From Candidatus Bathyarchaeota archaeon (GTDB lineage: Archaea > Thermoproteota > Bathyarchaeia > Bathyarchaeales > Bathycorpusculaceae), in the NCBI GenBank assembly GCA_963770935.1, contig CAVYRJ010000001.1:128001-192000 (forward strand): a stretch of DNA of 64,000 bases, in the 5' to 3' direction. Within the stretch, counting starts at the first letter, position 1, and every line of letters starts with the position of its first letter. Position numbers and translations under genes: made by a program. This document shows positions 10,239 through 20,600 of the stretch, piece by piece. The notes beneath the pieces were generated by a model. It had not been told where the DNA came from. It made no database searches and was given only the letters and a program-made list of their open reading frames with translations.

Positions 10239-11472
10239 ATTCTCAAGCAATCAGGCAAGACTTCCCCATTTTACAAAGGCAAGTCAACGGCAACCCATTA
10301 ATCTACTTTGACAACGCGGCGACAACCCAGAAACCCCGCCAAGTCATCGACGCCATGATAGATTTCTACCTGAACCACAACGGAAACGTCCACCGAGCCG
10401 TCCACACCCTGTCTTTGGAGGCAACTGACCTCTACGAGAAGTCTCGGGAATCAATCGTAGAATTCATCAACGCCAAATCCGCATCTGAAGTAGTTTTTGT
10501 TAAGGGCACAACTGAAGCAATCAACTTGGTTGCTTATTCTTTGGGCTGCAGCAGTCTGGGTAGAGGCGACGAAGTTCTGGTTTCGCTTATGGAGCACCAC
10601 AGCAACATTGTGCCCTGGGAAATCATATCTAAATGCAGAGGCTTCTCAATCAAATACGCTAACGTCCACGACGACGGAACATTGGACTACGATGATTTTG
10701 AGAGCAAAATAAGCGGCAAAACCAGAATCGCCTGTCTAAGCCACGTTTCAAACGTCACAGGCGTCATCAACGACGTAAAACGAATCGCAAAGGCTGCGCA
10801 CGACAACGGCGCCTTGATGCTTGTGGATGGTGCCCAATCGGTGCCGCATATGAAGGTTGATGTTCAAGATTTAGGCATGGATTTCCTAGCTTTTTCAGGA
10901 CACAAAATGCTTGGACCAACAGGCATCGGAGTTCTATATGGAAAGAAGGACGTGCTGGAAAAGATGCCTCCGTTTATGGGCGGCGGCGAAATGATAAAAG
11001 AAGTTTCCTACAGTCAAACTCAGGGACAATGCAACGTCTCTTGGAATGAGTTGCCTTGGAAGTTTGAGGCGGGCACCCCAAACACTGGTGGAGCAATCGG
11101 ATTAGGCGCTGCAGTGAATTACCTTGAAGGTTTAGGCATGGATAACGTTTTGAGCCACGAGAAAGCTTTAACTGAATACGCGACCAAACGCATGAAGGAA
11201 TGCAGTAAAATTTCAATGTTATGGACCAACCAATCTTTCTCAATAAGCTTGGAATCATACCGTTTGGTGTTGACGGCTTATCGTCTCATGACGTCGCATT
11301 ATTCTTGGATAATTACGGTGTGATGATGCGTAGCGGTTTCCATTGTGCGCAACCCTTGCATGAGACGGTTCTTAAACTGCAATCTTCGGCGAGGGCAAGC
11401 TTTTACGTCTACAACACGGAAGAAGAAGTTGATCGCTTCATCGAAGTCCTGAAGGAGCTTGAGCAACTCTAA
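10235..11472 (+). CDS. sufS: SufS-type (group II) cysteine desulfurase; frameshifted near 11210-11245; homology starts at an ATA codon
   Basis: IRQDFPIL..LIYFDNAATTQKP lies upstream of the annotated ATG; EHHSN, DGAQS, FSGHKMLGPTG, EAGTP; RSGFHCAQPL in the second frame. Confidence 0.9.
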
Positions 11473-11742
11473 TGGCAACCATCGACGACTACGTGTCACG
11501 TGTCGAAGGAACCTGCGGAGCAGAAAAAGACGTCATTGTAGTATTCAAATACGAAAAAAAAGACGAAGCAATCGCCAATATCCTCAAAAAAGCCTACACT
11601 CAAGAACAAGATTGCCGGGATAATTTTTGAGTTAACTTTTAAAGACACATCTTTTAGGCTTTACTCAAGCGGCAAAGCGATTTTCCGCAGCATCAAAAGT
11701 AAACGTGAACTCACGGATTACTTGGCTAAACTTTTACTGTAG
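11472..11742 (+). CDS. Small (~89 aa) hypothetical protein with one Cys, split by one extra base near 11594; absent from the ORF track
   Basis: ATG overlaps the sufS stop (TAATG). Reads MATIDDYVSRVEGTCGAEKDVIVVFKYEKKDEAIANILKKA / TLKNKIAGIIFELTFKDTSFRLYSSGKAIFRSIKSKRELTDYLAKLLL*. Confidence 0.7.
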
Positions 11743-11850
11743 ATCACTTAAACAGAAAAAATTTGGAAGTGCCTATCGCTATTACCAACTCCAGAATGCT
11801 TAAATCATCTGGAGAGGAACAATTAACAATCCATTCAAGGATTAAGAGAA

Positions 11851-12594
11851 ATGCGTAAGCCCTTTGCAAGAACCTTAATAGTCGCCAAACAAAAAGGCAT
11901 TCGATCTGCACTAACCGTCAGCGCGGGCGAAATCAAGCGGCAGTTAAAATTATCTCGGAGCCTGTGGCGTTTCCGAATAATCAAGTCATGGAAGTCATTC
12001 ATATTCGACAACTGCAAATACCGATACTTCTATCATAAATACAACGTTACCTGGCAAAATGAGCGAACCGTAGAAGTTCCTATCGTTTGGGAAATCGTCA
12101 AGAAGCATCCTAACGCGCGGGTGCTTGAATTCGGAAATGTTCTACAACATTACCACAGGTTCCCCCATGACATCGTAGACAAATATGAGAAAGCCAAGGG
12201 AGTCATAAACAAAGATATAATCAATCTTGACCTTGAAAAAAAATACGATTTGATCATAAGCATTTCAACGTTGGAGCATGTGGGGTGGGATGAGAATCCC
12301 GATAGAAAGGACAAACTTAATGCTCCAGAGAAAACTCTGCAGGCTATAGGCAACTTAAAGCGGCACCTCAACTCTGGAGGCACTCTGGTTTTCACTTTTC
12401 CAGTCGGCGCCAACCCAAACCTTGACGCTCTAATGAAAAACCGCAGGGTAGGTTTCACTCAGATGTTCTATATGAAACGAATTTCAGCGGATAACCGTTG
12501 GAGACAAACAGATTGGGAGGACATCGAAAACAGCAAGTATGATGCGCCTTTTCCAGCCGCCAACGGCTTAGTCATCGGTATAATCAAAGTATAA
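11851..12594 (+). CDS. Class I SAM-dependent methyltransferase-like protein
   Basis: ERTVEVP, VLEFGN, YDLIISISTLEHVG, LNSGGTLVFTFP. Confidence 0.75.
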   Translation: MRKPFARTLIVAKQKGIRSALTVSAGEIKRQLKLSRSLWRFRIIKSWKSFIFDNCKYRYFYHKYNVTWQNERTVEVPIVWEIVKKHPNARVLEFGNVLQHYHRFPHDIVDKYEKAKGVINKDIINLDLEKKYDLIISISTLEHVGWDENPDRKDKLNAPEKTLQAIGNLKRHLNSGGTLVFTFPVGANPNLDALMKNRRVGFTQMFYMKRISADNRWRQTDWEDIENSKYDAPFPAANGLVIGIIKV

Positions 12595-12732
12595 CAAAGT
12601 CCACTGCAAATCCAGCTTATGTAGCTAAGCAAATGATGACTGCAAGTTTTGGGTTCATTATAATTATTTAACTTGGTGATACTAAACATTAAAAAATAGA
12701 GTAATACAGTCAATTCTTGATTTGAAGAGGGC

Positions 12733-13974
12733 TTGATTGATGTGAGAATCGCTATGCTGCATCCATCTCTAACCTGGAGAGGAGGCGCCGAAAGACAAAT
12801 CCTCATCTTGGCAACGGAACTGCAACGGAAAGGGCATCAAATAGAGATTTTCACATGTGCCCTCAACAACAGTTGCTTCCCTGAACTCGCAGACAAACTA
12901 AAAATAAACGTGGTAAAAACCCCATTCATCCAAGCAACCCCTAGCAGCACTCAAAAACGCACATTGAGCACTCGTCTAGCAGGTAGATTCCGAGGCTACA
13001 CCTCAGAACTGCCTTATATGATCTACATGGCTCAAAAAATCAGTAAGGACTTCGATTTGATCAACAATCACAATTCCCCAACAGAGTGGGCAGCATACTT
13101 CGCAAAAAGAAAACTCGACGCTCCCATCGTGTGGAACTGCAACGAGCCGCCCTTATGGTACTCTGATCCTAAACAGAGGCGGGGGCTGGGTAAAATCAAC
13201 CTACCGCTATATAGAGGATTCGACAAAATCGCAGTCAGCTACATCGACAACATAGTCGCCAATTCTGTTGCGGATAGCCAACGCATAGAGCGAGCTTATG
13301 GCAGAGCATCAATGATTGTTCGACCCGGCATCACCACCGACTTTTTCCATAGAGCTCAAGGCAAAAAGGCGCGCAGCCGATATGGATTGGAAAACAATTT
13401 TGTCCTCCTCCAAGTAGGCAACATCGCCCGAGACAAAGGGCAAAGTGACTCAATAACCGCCCTCCACTACCTCTCCAAAAATCACCGCAACGTCAAGTTG
13501 GTTTTGGTTGGTCAAGGCCCAAGAGACAAGCTGATTACGTTGAGCCGAAGATTGGGTGTAGAAGAAAAGGTTCTGTTTCTGCAGGATTGCTCTGATGAAG
13601 AGTTAGCTGACGTTTATGGCGCATGCGACGTGTTTGTTTTCCCTGCCCAGATAACGTGGGGGCTGGTTGTTATAGAGGCGATGGCAACGTCTAAACCAGT
13701 TGTTGTGTCAATAAAAGCTGGGGTTTCCGAAATCATCCAGAATGGCATGAATGGTTTTGTTTTCGATGAACCAAACGCTGCAAACATGGCTGCCTTGGTT
13801 GAAAAATTGATAGCTGACCCTGAGCTAAGCCGTAGAATAGGCGCTAACGCTTATGCGTATACCAAGGAAAACCTATCTTGGAAAAAATACGCTAAAAACA
13901 TGGAGAGGGTTTTCGAAAAAGCCGTAGACAGTTTTAAAAGCAATCGTAAAACGACGATTTATGTCGATCGCTAA
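12733..13974 (+). CDS. Glycosyltransferase family 4 (GT-B)
   Basis: HPSLTWRGGAER, DVFVFPA..TWGLVVIEAMA..KPVV. Confidence 0.92.
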   Translation: MIDVRIAMLHPSLTWRGGAERQILILATELQRKGHQIEIFTCALNNSCFPELADKLKINVVKTPFIQATPSSTQKRTLSTRLAGRFRGYTSELPYMIYMAQKISKDFDLINNHNSPTEWAAYFAKRKLDAPIVWNCNEPPLWYSDPKQRRGLGKINLPLYRGFDKIAVSYIDNIVANSVADSQRIERAYGRASMIVRPGITTDFFHRAQGKKARSRYGLENNFVLLQVGNIARDKGQSDSITALHYLSKNHRNVKLVLVGQGPRDKLITLSRRLGVEEKVLFLQDCSDEELADVYGACDVFVFPAQITWGLVVIEAMATSKPVVVSIKAGVSEIIQNGMNGFVFDEPNAANMAALVEKLIADPELSRRIGANAYAYTKENLSWKKYAKNMERVFEKAVDSFKSNRKTTIYVDR

Positions 13975-14906
13975 AGGTCACGGATTGAATCCAAAACTTC
14001 TTCCCTGACACGGTAACTTGTAAATGAAGTATCCGCAATCAAATCTCTCACAACTTTTGGATGCTCCTCTAACTTAACCATGCCTAAAGCGTCCGGGTAG
14101 TGAAAATTCAGTTCTTTTCTGCGTATCTCAGCCGCCGCCCTCCAGAAGGCGGAGGGGTCATCTAAATGGTTTTTTAGGAGTTGGATGTCTTCTCTGAGGT
14201 TTTCAAGCCCAAACATTTCTATGTGCTTCTGGCATTTTTCAAGGTAATCGATTGGAAACAGCGACCAGTACCTGTAGAGGGGTTTTGCAAGGTAGATAGC
14301 TTTAGAGTGGGGTGATGAGATAGTGTTGGCATACGTCCATTCTATGCCTTTGTTAATGTATTGTCGCAGTCGACGCGGATGGGTTAGGGCTTTGCGGCAT
14401 TCTTGGTTGGTGAACGATTCGCTTGGGCCAAGTGTCCATGCATCGCAGACGGCCACGACGACGCCGATGTTTTTGGAGAAACGCAGACGAAAATCTTCAT
14501 AGAACTTGTAATCCTTTACTATATGAACAAAGGGTAAGCTGAAAGTGTTAATCTCTGGACGCATTTCAGGCAAGGCTTTGATGAATTCAACGCTATCTTC
14601 ATGCACAACCTCATTTGCTTGAACAGAGAAAATATAGTCACCACTGCATTTAGCTCTTACAAGATTGGTTACTTCTGCTATGACACTGTATTTTTTTGCG
14701 CTGGGCCACTGTTGCCTGAAAACTTTTATTTTCGGGTTTAGTTTAGCGATTTTTTCTAACACTTCAAACGTGCCGTCGGTAGAGTACCCTTCAGAAATCA
14801 GAAACTCATCGCAAATCTGCAAACTGGCGGCTATTGATTCCACAAAGGGATAACCAGTTTTCAGCACGTTTTTTAGCACCATAAATCCCGAGATCAGTGC
14901 AACCAC
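13971..14906 (-). CDS. Glycosyltransferase family 2-like (GT-A)
   Basis: YPFVESI, EGYSTDGT, QANE at the DxD-equivalent position. Confidence 0.8.
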   Translation of the reverse strand: MVALISGFMVLKNVLKTGYPFVESIAASLQICDEFLISEGYSTDGTFEVLEKIAKLNPKIKVFRQQWPSAKKYSVIAEVTNLVRAKCSGDYIFSVQANEVVHEDSVEFIKALPEMRPEINTFSLPFVHIVKDYKFYEDFRLRFSKNIGVVVAVCDAWTLGPSESFTNQECRKALTHPRRLRQYINKGIEWTYANTISSPHSKAIYLAKPLYRYWSLFPIDYLEKCQKHIEMFGLENLREDIQLLKNHLDDPSAFWRAAAEIRRKELNFHYPDALGMVKLEEHPKVVRDLIADTSFTSYRVREEVLDSIRDL

Positions 14907-14983
14907 AGTAAAGAGGTTTCAAGTGGGTGCTTATTAATTTACTTACAAAACGCTTGCAAAGCAAACCCCAAAATCAATGACCT

Positions 14984-16141
14984 TTAAACTCTGGTTTGCG
15001 TCTGCATCAGTGTGGCTGTGTTACTCCAAATATTCTGCTCAAAGTTTGCAGGCTTCAAGACAGCTATCTTATCCTGCAACTCCTTTTTCTTAAAGTTCCA
15101 ACGCGCAAAAAAGGGCGGTTTTAGCAACTGAGCTATTTTTCCGCGTAAGTCGTCTATGGTAGTCCAGCGGAACTCGGGAGGGATGAATTCTCCGCTTCCC
15201 CCGCTGTTATGAACAAGCGTTACGCATCCGCTTGCCAGTGCTTCCATGGGGGCAATACCGAAGTGCTCGCCCTCCATAAGGTGGCAATAGACTGTTGAGT
15301 TCTGTAGTATCTTTATTTTTTCGGTTTCAGGCAGGTTGGGTTTTAAGGTGAAGTTTGGGGGCAAGTCTTTTGAGAATGCATCAAACCATGCCTGTTCAGT
15401 ATCCCTAAGCAAGCCAATGCTGACAAACTGCAGCTGCGGAAAATCGGTTGCCAGTTGCTTTAGGATTTCATGTCTTTTCTGAGGAATAAAACGTGCAGTG
15501 TAAACCACGCGGTTAAATCTGTTCTCTAAGGGTTCATCTGACCAGAAGGGCGCTTCTACCGGAGGATAAGCAACAACTGACTCTTTGACTCCGAGTTTGC
15601 TCCAGTACTTCTGCGTCATATCCTTAGTGTAGCTGCTATTGCAGAACAGCAATCCAAACTCGGTTATGTGCCCCTCCAGCAGCCTCTTATAGAGCCAAAG
15701 GTACACTCGTCTGCTCCGTTTGGAGTGTTCATAGTCATAGTGGATTTCTGGGAAATGTACGTAGGCAATATTGTGTTGGCGTGTCTTCAGAAGTGTGGTT
15801 TCGAATGCTGAGATCATTTGGGTGCTGAACATGTAGTCATATTTTGCGGTGGCTTTGTAGGTTTTCAGCAGCTTGATAATGTTTCTCCGGCGCTTGTACA
15901 CCGAGAACGGCGGGTCTGCCTCAACAATTTCACGGTTGCCCAGCATATGCAGCGTTACTTCGGCAGGCAGTTTTTCACCTATGATTTCTGCATAGCGGTT
16001 TTGATTAAAATCAAACGATAGCAGCTCTACCTGCTGGCCATGCGCAATGAGGGCTTTGATTATGTGGTGGCAGACGCGTTCGCCGCCGCCATAAATGTCA
16101 ACGTTAGGGTGTACTGTAAGGAATTTTGCCACTGACGCCAT
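14984..16141 (-). CDS. Glycosyltransferase family 4, ALG11-like
   Basis: HPNVDIYGGGERV, AYVHFP, NSSYT, YPPV, ARFIPQKRH, HLMEGEHFGIAPMEA. Confidence 0.88.
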   Translation of the reverse strand: MASVAKFLTVHPNVDIYGGGERVCHHIIKALIAHGQQVELLSFDFNQNRYAEIIGEKLPAEVTLHMLGNREIVEADPPFSVYKRRRNIIKLLKTYKATAKYDYMFSTQMISAFETTLLKTRQHNIAYVHFPEIHYDYEHSKRSRRVYLWLYKRLLEGHITEFGLLFCNSSYTKDMTQKYWSKLGVKESVVAYPPVEAPFWSDEPLENRFNRVVYTARFIPQKRHEILKQLATDFPQLQFVSIGLLRDTEQAWFDAFSKDLPPNFTLKPNLPETEKIKILQNSTVYCHLMEGEHFGIAPMEALASGCVTLVHNSGGSGEFIPPEFRWTTIDDLRGKIAQLLKPPFFARWNFKKKELQDKIAVLKPANFEQNIWSNTATLMQTQTRV

Positions 16142-16273
16142 CTCTTTTATGAATTAGGTTTATGTTCTAATCAAGATTTCGCTGGATACAAAAATGGGCG
16201 TCACTATTTGGGGGCATAAGGCATATTACATTAACAACCAAACGGGTACTATGCCTTAAACTAAGATGGTAAT

Positions 16274-17270
16274 ATGCACATTAACTTTAACAGTCTTGGG
16301 TTGAATCTCTCGGCTGGAACCCGATTCATTTTTGAATTAAAAAACATTTTGGTGGACTCAAGCCACCATGTAACGATTTACTCATCTTGGCGACAAAAAT
16401 GTTTACTCTTGGTAACCAGATGTGAAAGCCGAAGTCATTAACGTACCCAATGTACCTTTTAGTGTACCAGAACGGTTTATGCGGAAATTTTTTGGGCGCT
16501 TATTTTGCTGGGTGTGTCTATGGTAATCTGTTTGATAGAGAACGGCGGATAATGATGGAAATCCCCGACTGCAACGTCAACGTGGCAACCTTTAGTTTCA
16601 CCGCTTATCCCATGTACTATAGCCATAAAGGCAGAGGAGTTTATCTATTTCAACATTATGAAACATGGTTTTTCACAGATAAGCCTAGTCAGGAGAGGAA
16701 AAAGTTGACTTATTCACTTCCTCTAAATAAGCTGTGTGTTTCTCAATGGTTGACCGAAAAAGTCGGCGGAGTAAACATCGGCAATGGCGTCAACCTCAAA
16801 AAATTCAAGATGACTACTGAACCGAAGGTTTACGACGTCATGGTGATTAAACGGCGAAGCAATTGGAAAGGTGACTGTGACCCCGTAATCGACGTTCTCT
16901 CCAATGGCGGTTTAAAGGTTTTTGTTGTCAACGAGAAGCTCTCCGAAGAAGAGTTAATCAAGTCCTATAATGCGTCGCAACTTTTCCTATTTCTTAGCAA
17001 ACATGAAGGCGTCGGCTATCCCCATCTAGAGGCGATGGCTTGTGGAGTTCCCGTTGTCACCAGGTAATGCCTTGAATATGCAACCCATCTGCAGAACGCA
17101 TACGTACTAAACAGGCAATACACCAAAGAAGAGGTCTAAGCTACAGATCTTCAACTCCTAAAGGATGATAAACTATATGTCAAGCTAAGGAACGGTGGGC
17201 TTCAAACAGCCCGAAATATGATTCCCAAAAAGTAGTCCATAACTTCCTTGGGGAAATTTCAAGGCTATAA
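16274..17270 (+). pseudogene. Decayed GT4 glycosyltransferase
   Basis: MHINF...LSAGTRFIFEL N-terminus at 16274; FQHYE and SKHEGVGYPHLEAMACGVPVV in 16450..17067; frameshifts and in-frame stops on both sides; end approximate. Confidence 0.75.
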
Positions 17271-17271
17271 A

Positions 17272-18753
17272 TTAACTCCGTATTGCAAGCTTTACTCGTG
17301 CTTTGGTTCGGCTAACCCAGTTCACCGCGGGCAGCAGTGAGTATTTTATGGAATCGGGAAGGGCGTCTTTGAGTTCTCGGTGCAGCCCTAGCTCAATCGC
17401 CCACCGCCCTTTTGCAGTGAGGGGGATGTAGTAGCGGGTTACGGAATATTTGACAAAGCCGTTGTTCTCTTTAAACCTGTCAAGGGACGGGTGATTTCCT
17501 ATTCTTCCGTACATGAGCCATCGGTTGCCATTTGTTGTGCAGACTTCAAGCGCTTTTGCAAGCATCGCGTTGTTCACCGATTTATCAAGATGCCTTTGCA
17601 TAGTCAGTATGTTTGAAATTATGGCTATTTTGTCGCCATAAAGAATTTGGATGAACCCGACAAGTTCATCTCCGATATACGCCCCTATGAACGTGGATTT
17701 TTTGGCTGCATACATGTTGCTAGCTACAGTTTCAAGCGGTTCACCGTAGTGTGGAAAAGCACGTTCCTGCCGTATAGGTGTTTCATTGTAGATTTTCCAT
17801 ATGCCTTCAGCCAATTCGTCGCTGGCTTCAACAACCGAAACGGTCACGTAGTTTTTCTCGGCTTTACGAACCATGTTTCGTGTTTTCTTTCCTATGGAGC
17901 TCCACCAGTTCTGGTAATCCTTTATCTCTAGCAAAGCAATGTTATCATTGGTCCTTGTCCAAGATGGCGATGGATTAGAAATGGGGCAACACCAGCGTCG
18001 TTCAATAAAGGTAAAAATGTCTATACCTCTTCCGTCTAGCTTAAAAAATAAATCGTTGGTGGGAGTGACGCTTTTCTCGTATTCTCGATAGTCACGCGCA
18101 ATCTTGAAACCGAACTTCTTGCGTACGCTAATCGTATCGAGATCCGCGTCTGCTTCCAGGATGCTTTTTAGTGGTTCATAGTAAGGTCCTCTTCGGCTTC
18201 TGCCCGCTTGAAAAAGCCACTCAGGATGAACAGATACAACATAGCCTTTGCTGATCCACAATTCACCTTCCTTTTTAACTACTTCCATGTCTGCCTGAGC
18301 GCACAATGCATCCAAACTGTAAGTTTCAAATTCATGAAATGATTTTAGCAGAAAGTCACTTGGGATTTCAACTTGGCTCCCTCGGAGTTTACGATGCCAA
18401 AGTAACCTTGCAGCAACGCTTTTAGTGCCATGGACAGTGTAGTATTTTATTGTCCTTTGAGTTTGGTTTTCTAAAATTTTCCATTCTTTAAGAGCGTCGT
18501 TGGCTACGTGTAGACCTACTTCATGCTTTTCTGGATTTAACAACCAAAGCAGCCTCTTATCTGGAATTGTATAGGGAGTAAAAAACCAGTAAGCCTTCAC
18601 GTCTTTAGATGATTCATTAACCATTTTGGCGATAATACGTGCGTTCCTGAGATAATCTTTGGCGCTTTTGCTTTTGATTCCTAAAGCTACATAAAGAAAA
18701 CTTTTAGTTCTTGACCTGTAAGGGTAGTCAACATCGAATCTTAGCTTAATCAT
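17272..18753 (-). CDS. Fusion of polysaccharide-deacetylase-like domain and GNAT/FemAB-like acyltransferase domain
   Basis: N-terminal RFDVD, HEVGLH, HG, VHPEW; C-terminal KKTRNMVRKAEK and SLDRFKENNG. Confidence 0.7.
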   Translation of the reverse strand: MIKLRFDVDYPYRSRTKSFLYVALGIKSKSAKDYLRNARIIAKMVNESSKDVKAYWFFTPYTIPDKRLLWLLNPEKHEVGLHVANDALKEWKILENQTQRTIKYYTVHGTKSVAARLLWHRKLRGSQVEIPSDFLLKSFHEFETYSLDALCAQADMEVVKKEGELWISKGYVVSVHPEWLFQAGRSRRGPYYEPLKSILEADADLDTISVRKKFGFKIARDYREYEKSVTPTNDLFFKLDGRGIDIFTFIERRWCCPISNPSPSWTRTNDNIALLEIKDYQNWWSSIGKKTRNMVRKAEKNYVTVSVVEASDELAEGIWKIYNETPIRQERAFPHYGEPLETVASNMYAAKKSTFIGAYIGDELVGFIQILYGDKIAIISNILTMQRHLDKSVNNAMLAKALEVCTTNGNRWLMYGRIGNHPSLDRFKENNGFVKYSVTRYYIPLTAKGRWAIELGLHRELKDALPDSIKYSLLPAVNWVSRTKARVKLAIRS

Positions 18754-18922
18754 CGCTGTTCAATTGTCAACTAAGGGAGGCTATTTTAGTTATAAACCCT
18801 CTGCCATAAGTAATTGTTGTAAAATGTCTGTGAATTGGGGATTGGACAACACAGACGAAAAACCTGGTTTCACAACAAGGTTAATATAGAATTTTTTATT
18901 TATCGCCTTACTCTTTAAGCGG

Positions 18923-19700
18923 GTGGCTAATAGTCTGTTAAGAAAGGTGTTGAAGAATCCTCATCATCTTCCTCACTTCATATACTGGAAATCAAAGCAT
19001 TTTTTTATTCAAAGTTATTTTGCACTAAAACGTGGAACTAAAGCCTTCATTTTCAAGGGCGTGTTAACCATTATTACTGCAATAACCTCAAAATACCATG
19101 TGGAATAACTGAAGAATGATTGAATGTCTATTGTAGTTGAGATTATCAAGAACTGCAACGGAAAAATCTTAGAGGTCGGAAACCTTCTGTCTCATTATTA
19201 TCGTTTTACCTAGGATGGCTTGGATAAGTACGAAAAAGGGAGGCATGATTAATGAAGGCATGGTTGATTTCCACCCTTCTAAACGTTATGACGTTAGTGT
19301 GAGCATATCAACTTTAGAGCATATTGGTTGGGATGAAAAACCGAAAGACCTTAAAAAAGTCCTGAAGGCTATAGAAAATCAGAAAACGAATTTTTTAGCA
19401 TATGGAGGCATCATGGTTATTACCTCGCCTTTAGGTCTTAACCCAGAACTTGACGAGTTACTAAAGCAAGGTTGCTCTGATTTAGGAAAGCAATATTTCT
19501 TAAAAAGACTAACAAAGGAAAATTTATGGAAGGAAACAGAGCTAAAAGATGTTCAGGACGTAAAGTATAACACCCCATTCCCAAGAGGTAATGACAATAG
19601 TTGTATCAATCAAAAGATAACTCAAAATCAAAAAGTTTTGGAAAAATTATCTAATGAAAAAACAAGCTTGAGAAGTGGATTCGTCGTCACATTCGTTTGA
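18923..19700 (+). pseudogene. Decayed paralogue of the 11851..12594 methyltransferase
   Basis: KILEVGNLLSHYY, SISTLEHIGWDE, KYNTPFP match the intact copy; several stops and frameshifts. Confidence 0.8.
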
Positions 19701-20514
19701 AGCAAAGTATTGAGATTTGTCGATCCTTTTCTTGCTCACCTTTTGCAATAATAAATCCTGAGTCTTTGAATTTCTGAATAAGTGCCTGTCTGATTTGTGG
19801 TGAATGTACTTCGACTATTATATATTCTAAGCGTAGGAGGATTTCTTTTGGCACATTAACCAAGGATATTTCGGCGCCTTCGCAATCAATTTTTGCAATC
19901 TCTGCCTGGCTTTCCGTGATAACTTTGGAAATATCCTTAATCTTGATTATCATCTTATTTGTCAATCCTTCCCTTTCCAAGCCGAAACAGTTGTCTTTAG
20001 AATCATAAGCAATTTCTAATTCTCCATCTCTATCGCCTATGCCTTCTCCGTGAATTTCAGCTTCCATTCCATTTAGCGAAACATTTTCTTCTATGAGCTT
20101 TAGATGTTCCAAAACTGGTTCGTATATTATGACTTTCCGTGCGCCTTTTGACCAAAAAAACACAGCGGACTCGCCCTCAAAACCACCGACATCTAAAACT
20201 ACTTTTCCATTGCAATTATAATTGTAAATGCCAGATTCAATTTCATCAAAGATGCAGATCATGACCAGTGATCCGACTAATTGAAATCGGTCAGTTTGTA
20301 TTTTGAATGTTTCGTTATTTACCTGTTTCAGATTATATTTTTTGACCAGAGCATAATTATCTCTCAGAAAACGAAACTGAGGCCAGGTTATCTTAAATTC
20401 GGTGCCGTTTGTGAAAGTCATTTTTTGTCTTTTTTTTGTGAATTTAGAAAAAAGGGCGCCTGACGGATTTTTGACAACTTTGAAAGTATCAATAATTCCT
20501 TTTAGGGTCACCAT
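19687..20514 (-). CDS. FkbM-family methyltransferase
   Basis: VLDVGGFEGES, YEP, KIDCEGAE, IVEVH. Confidence 0.9.
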   Translation of the reverse strand: MVTLKGIIDTFKVVKNPSGALFSKFTKKRQKMTFTNGTEFKITWPQFRFLRDNYALVKKYNLKQVNNETFKIQTDRFQLVGSLVMICIFDEIESGIYNYNCNGKVVLDVGGFEGESAVFFWSKGARKVIIYEPVLEHLKLIEENVSLNGMEAEIHGEGIGDRDGELEIAYDSKDNCFGLEREGLTNKMIIKIKDISKVITESQAEIAKIDCEGAEISLVNVPKEILLRLEYIIVEVHSPQIRQALIQKFKDSGFIIAKGEQEKDRQISILCFKRM

Positions 20515-20600
20515 TGTATTTCTTAACCGTAGAGGACATTAGAGATGGTAATAAAATTTTTCTAGGAAAACAATAATTTGCCGATCCCAAACTTTTTAAC

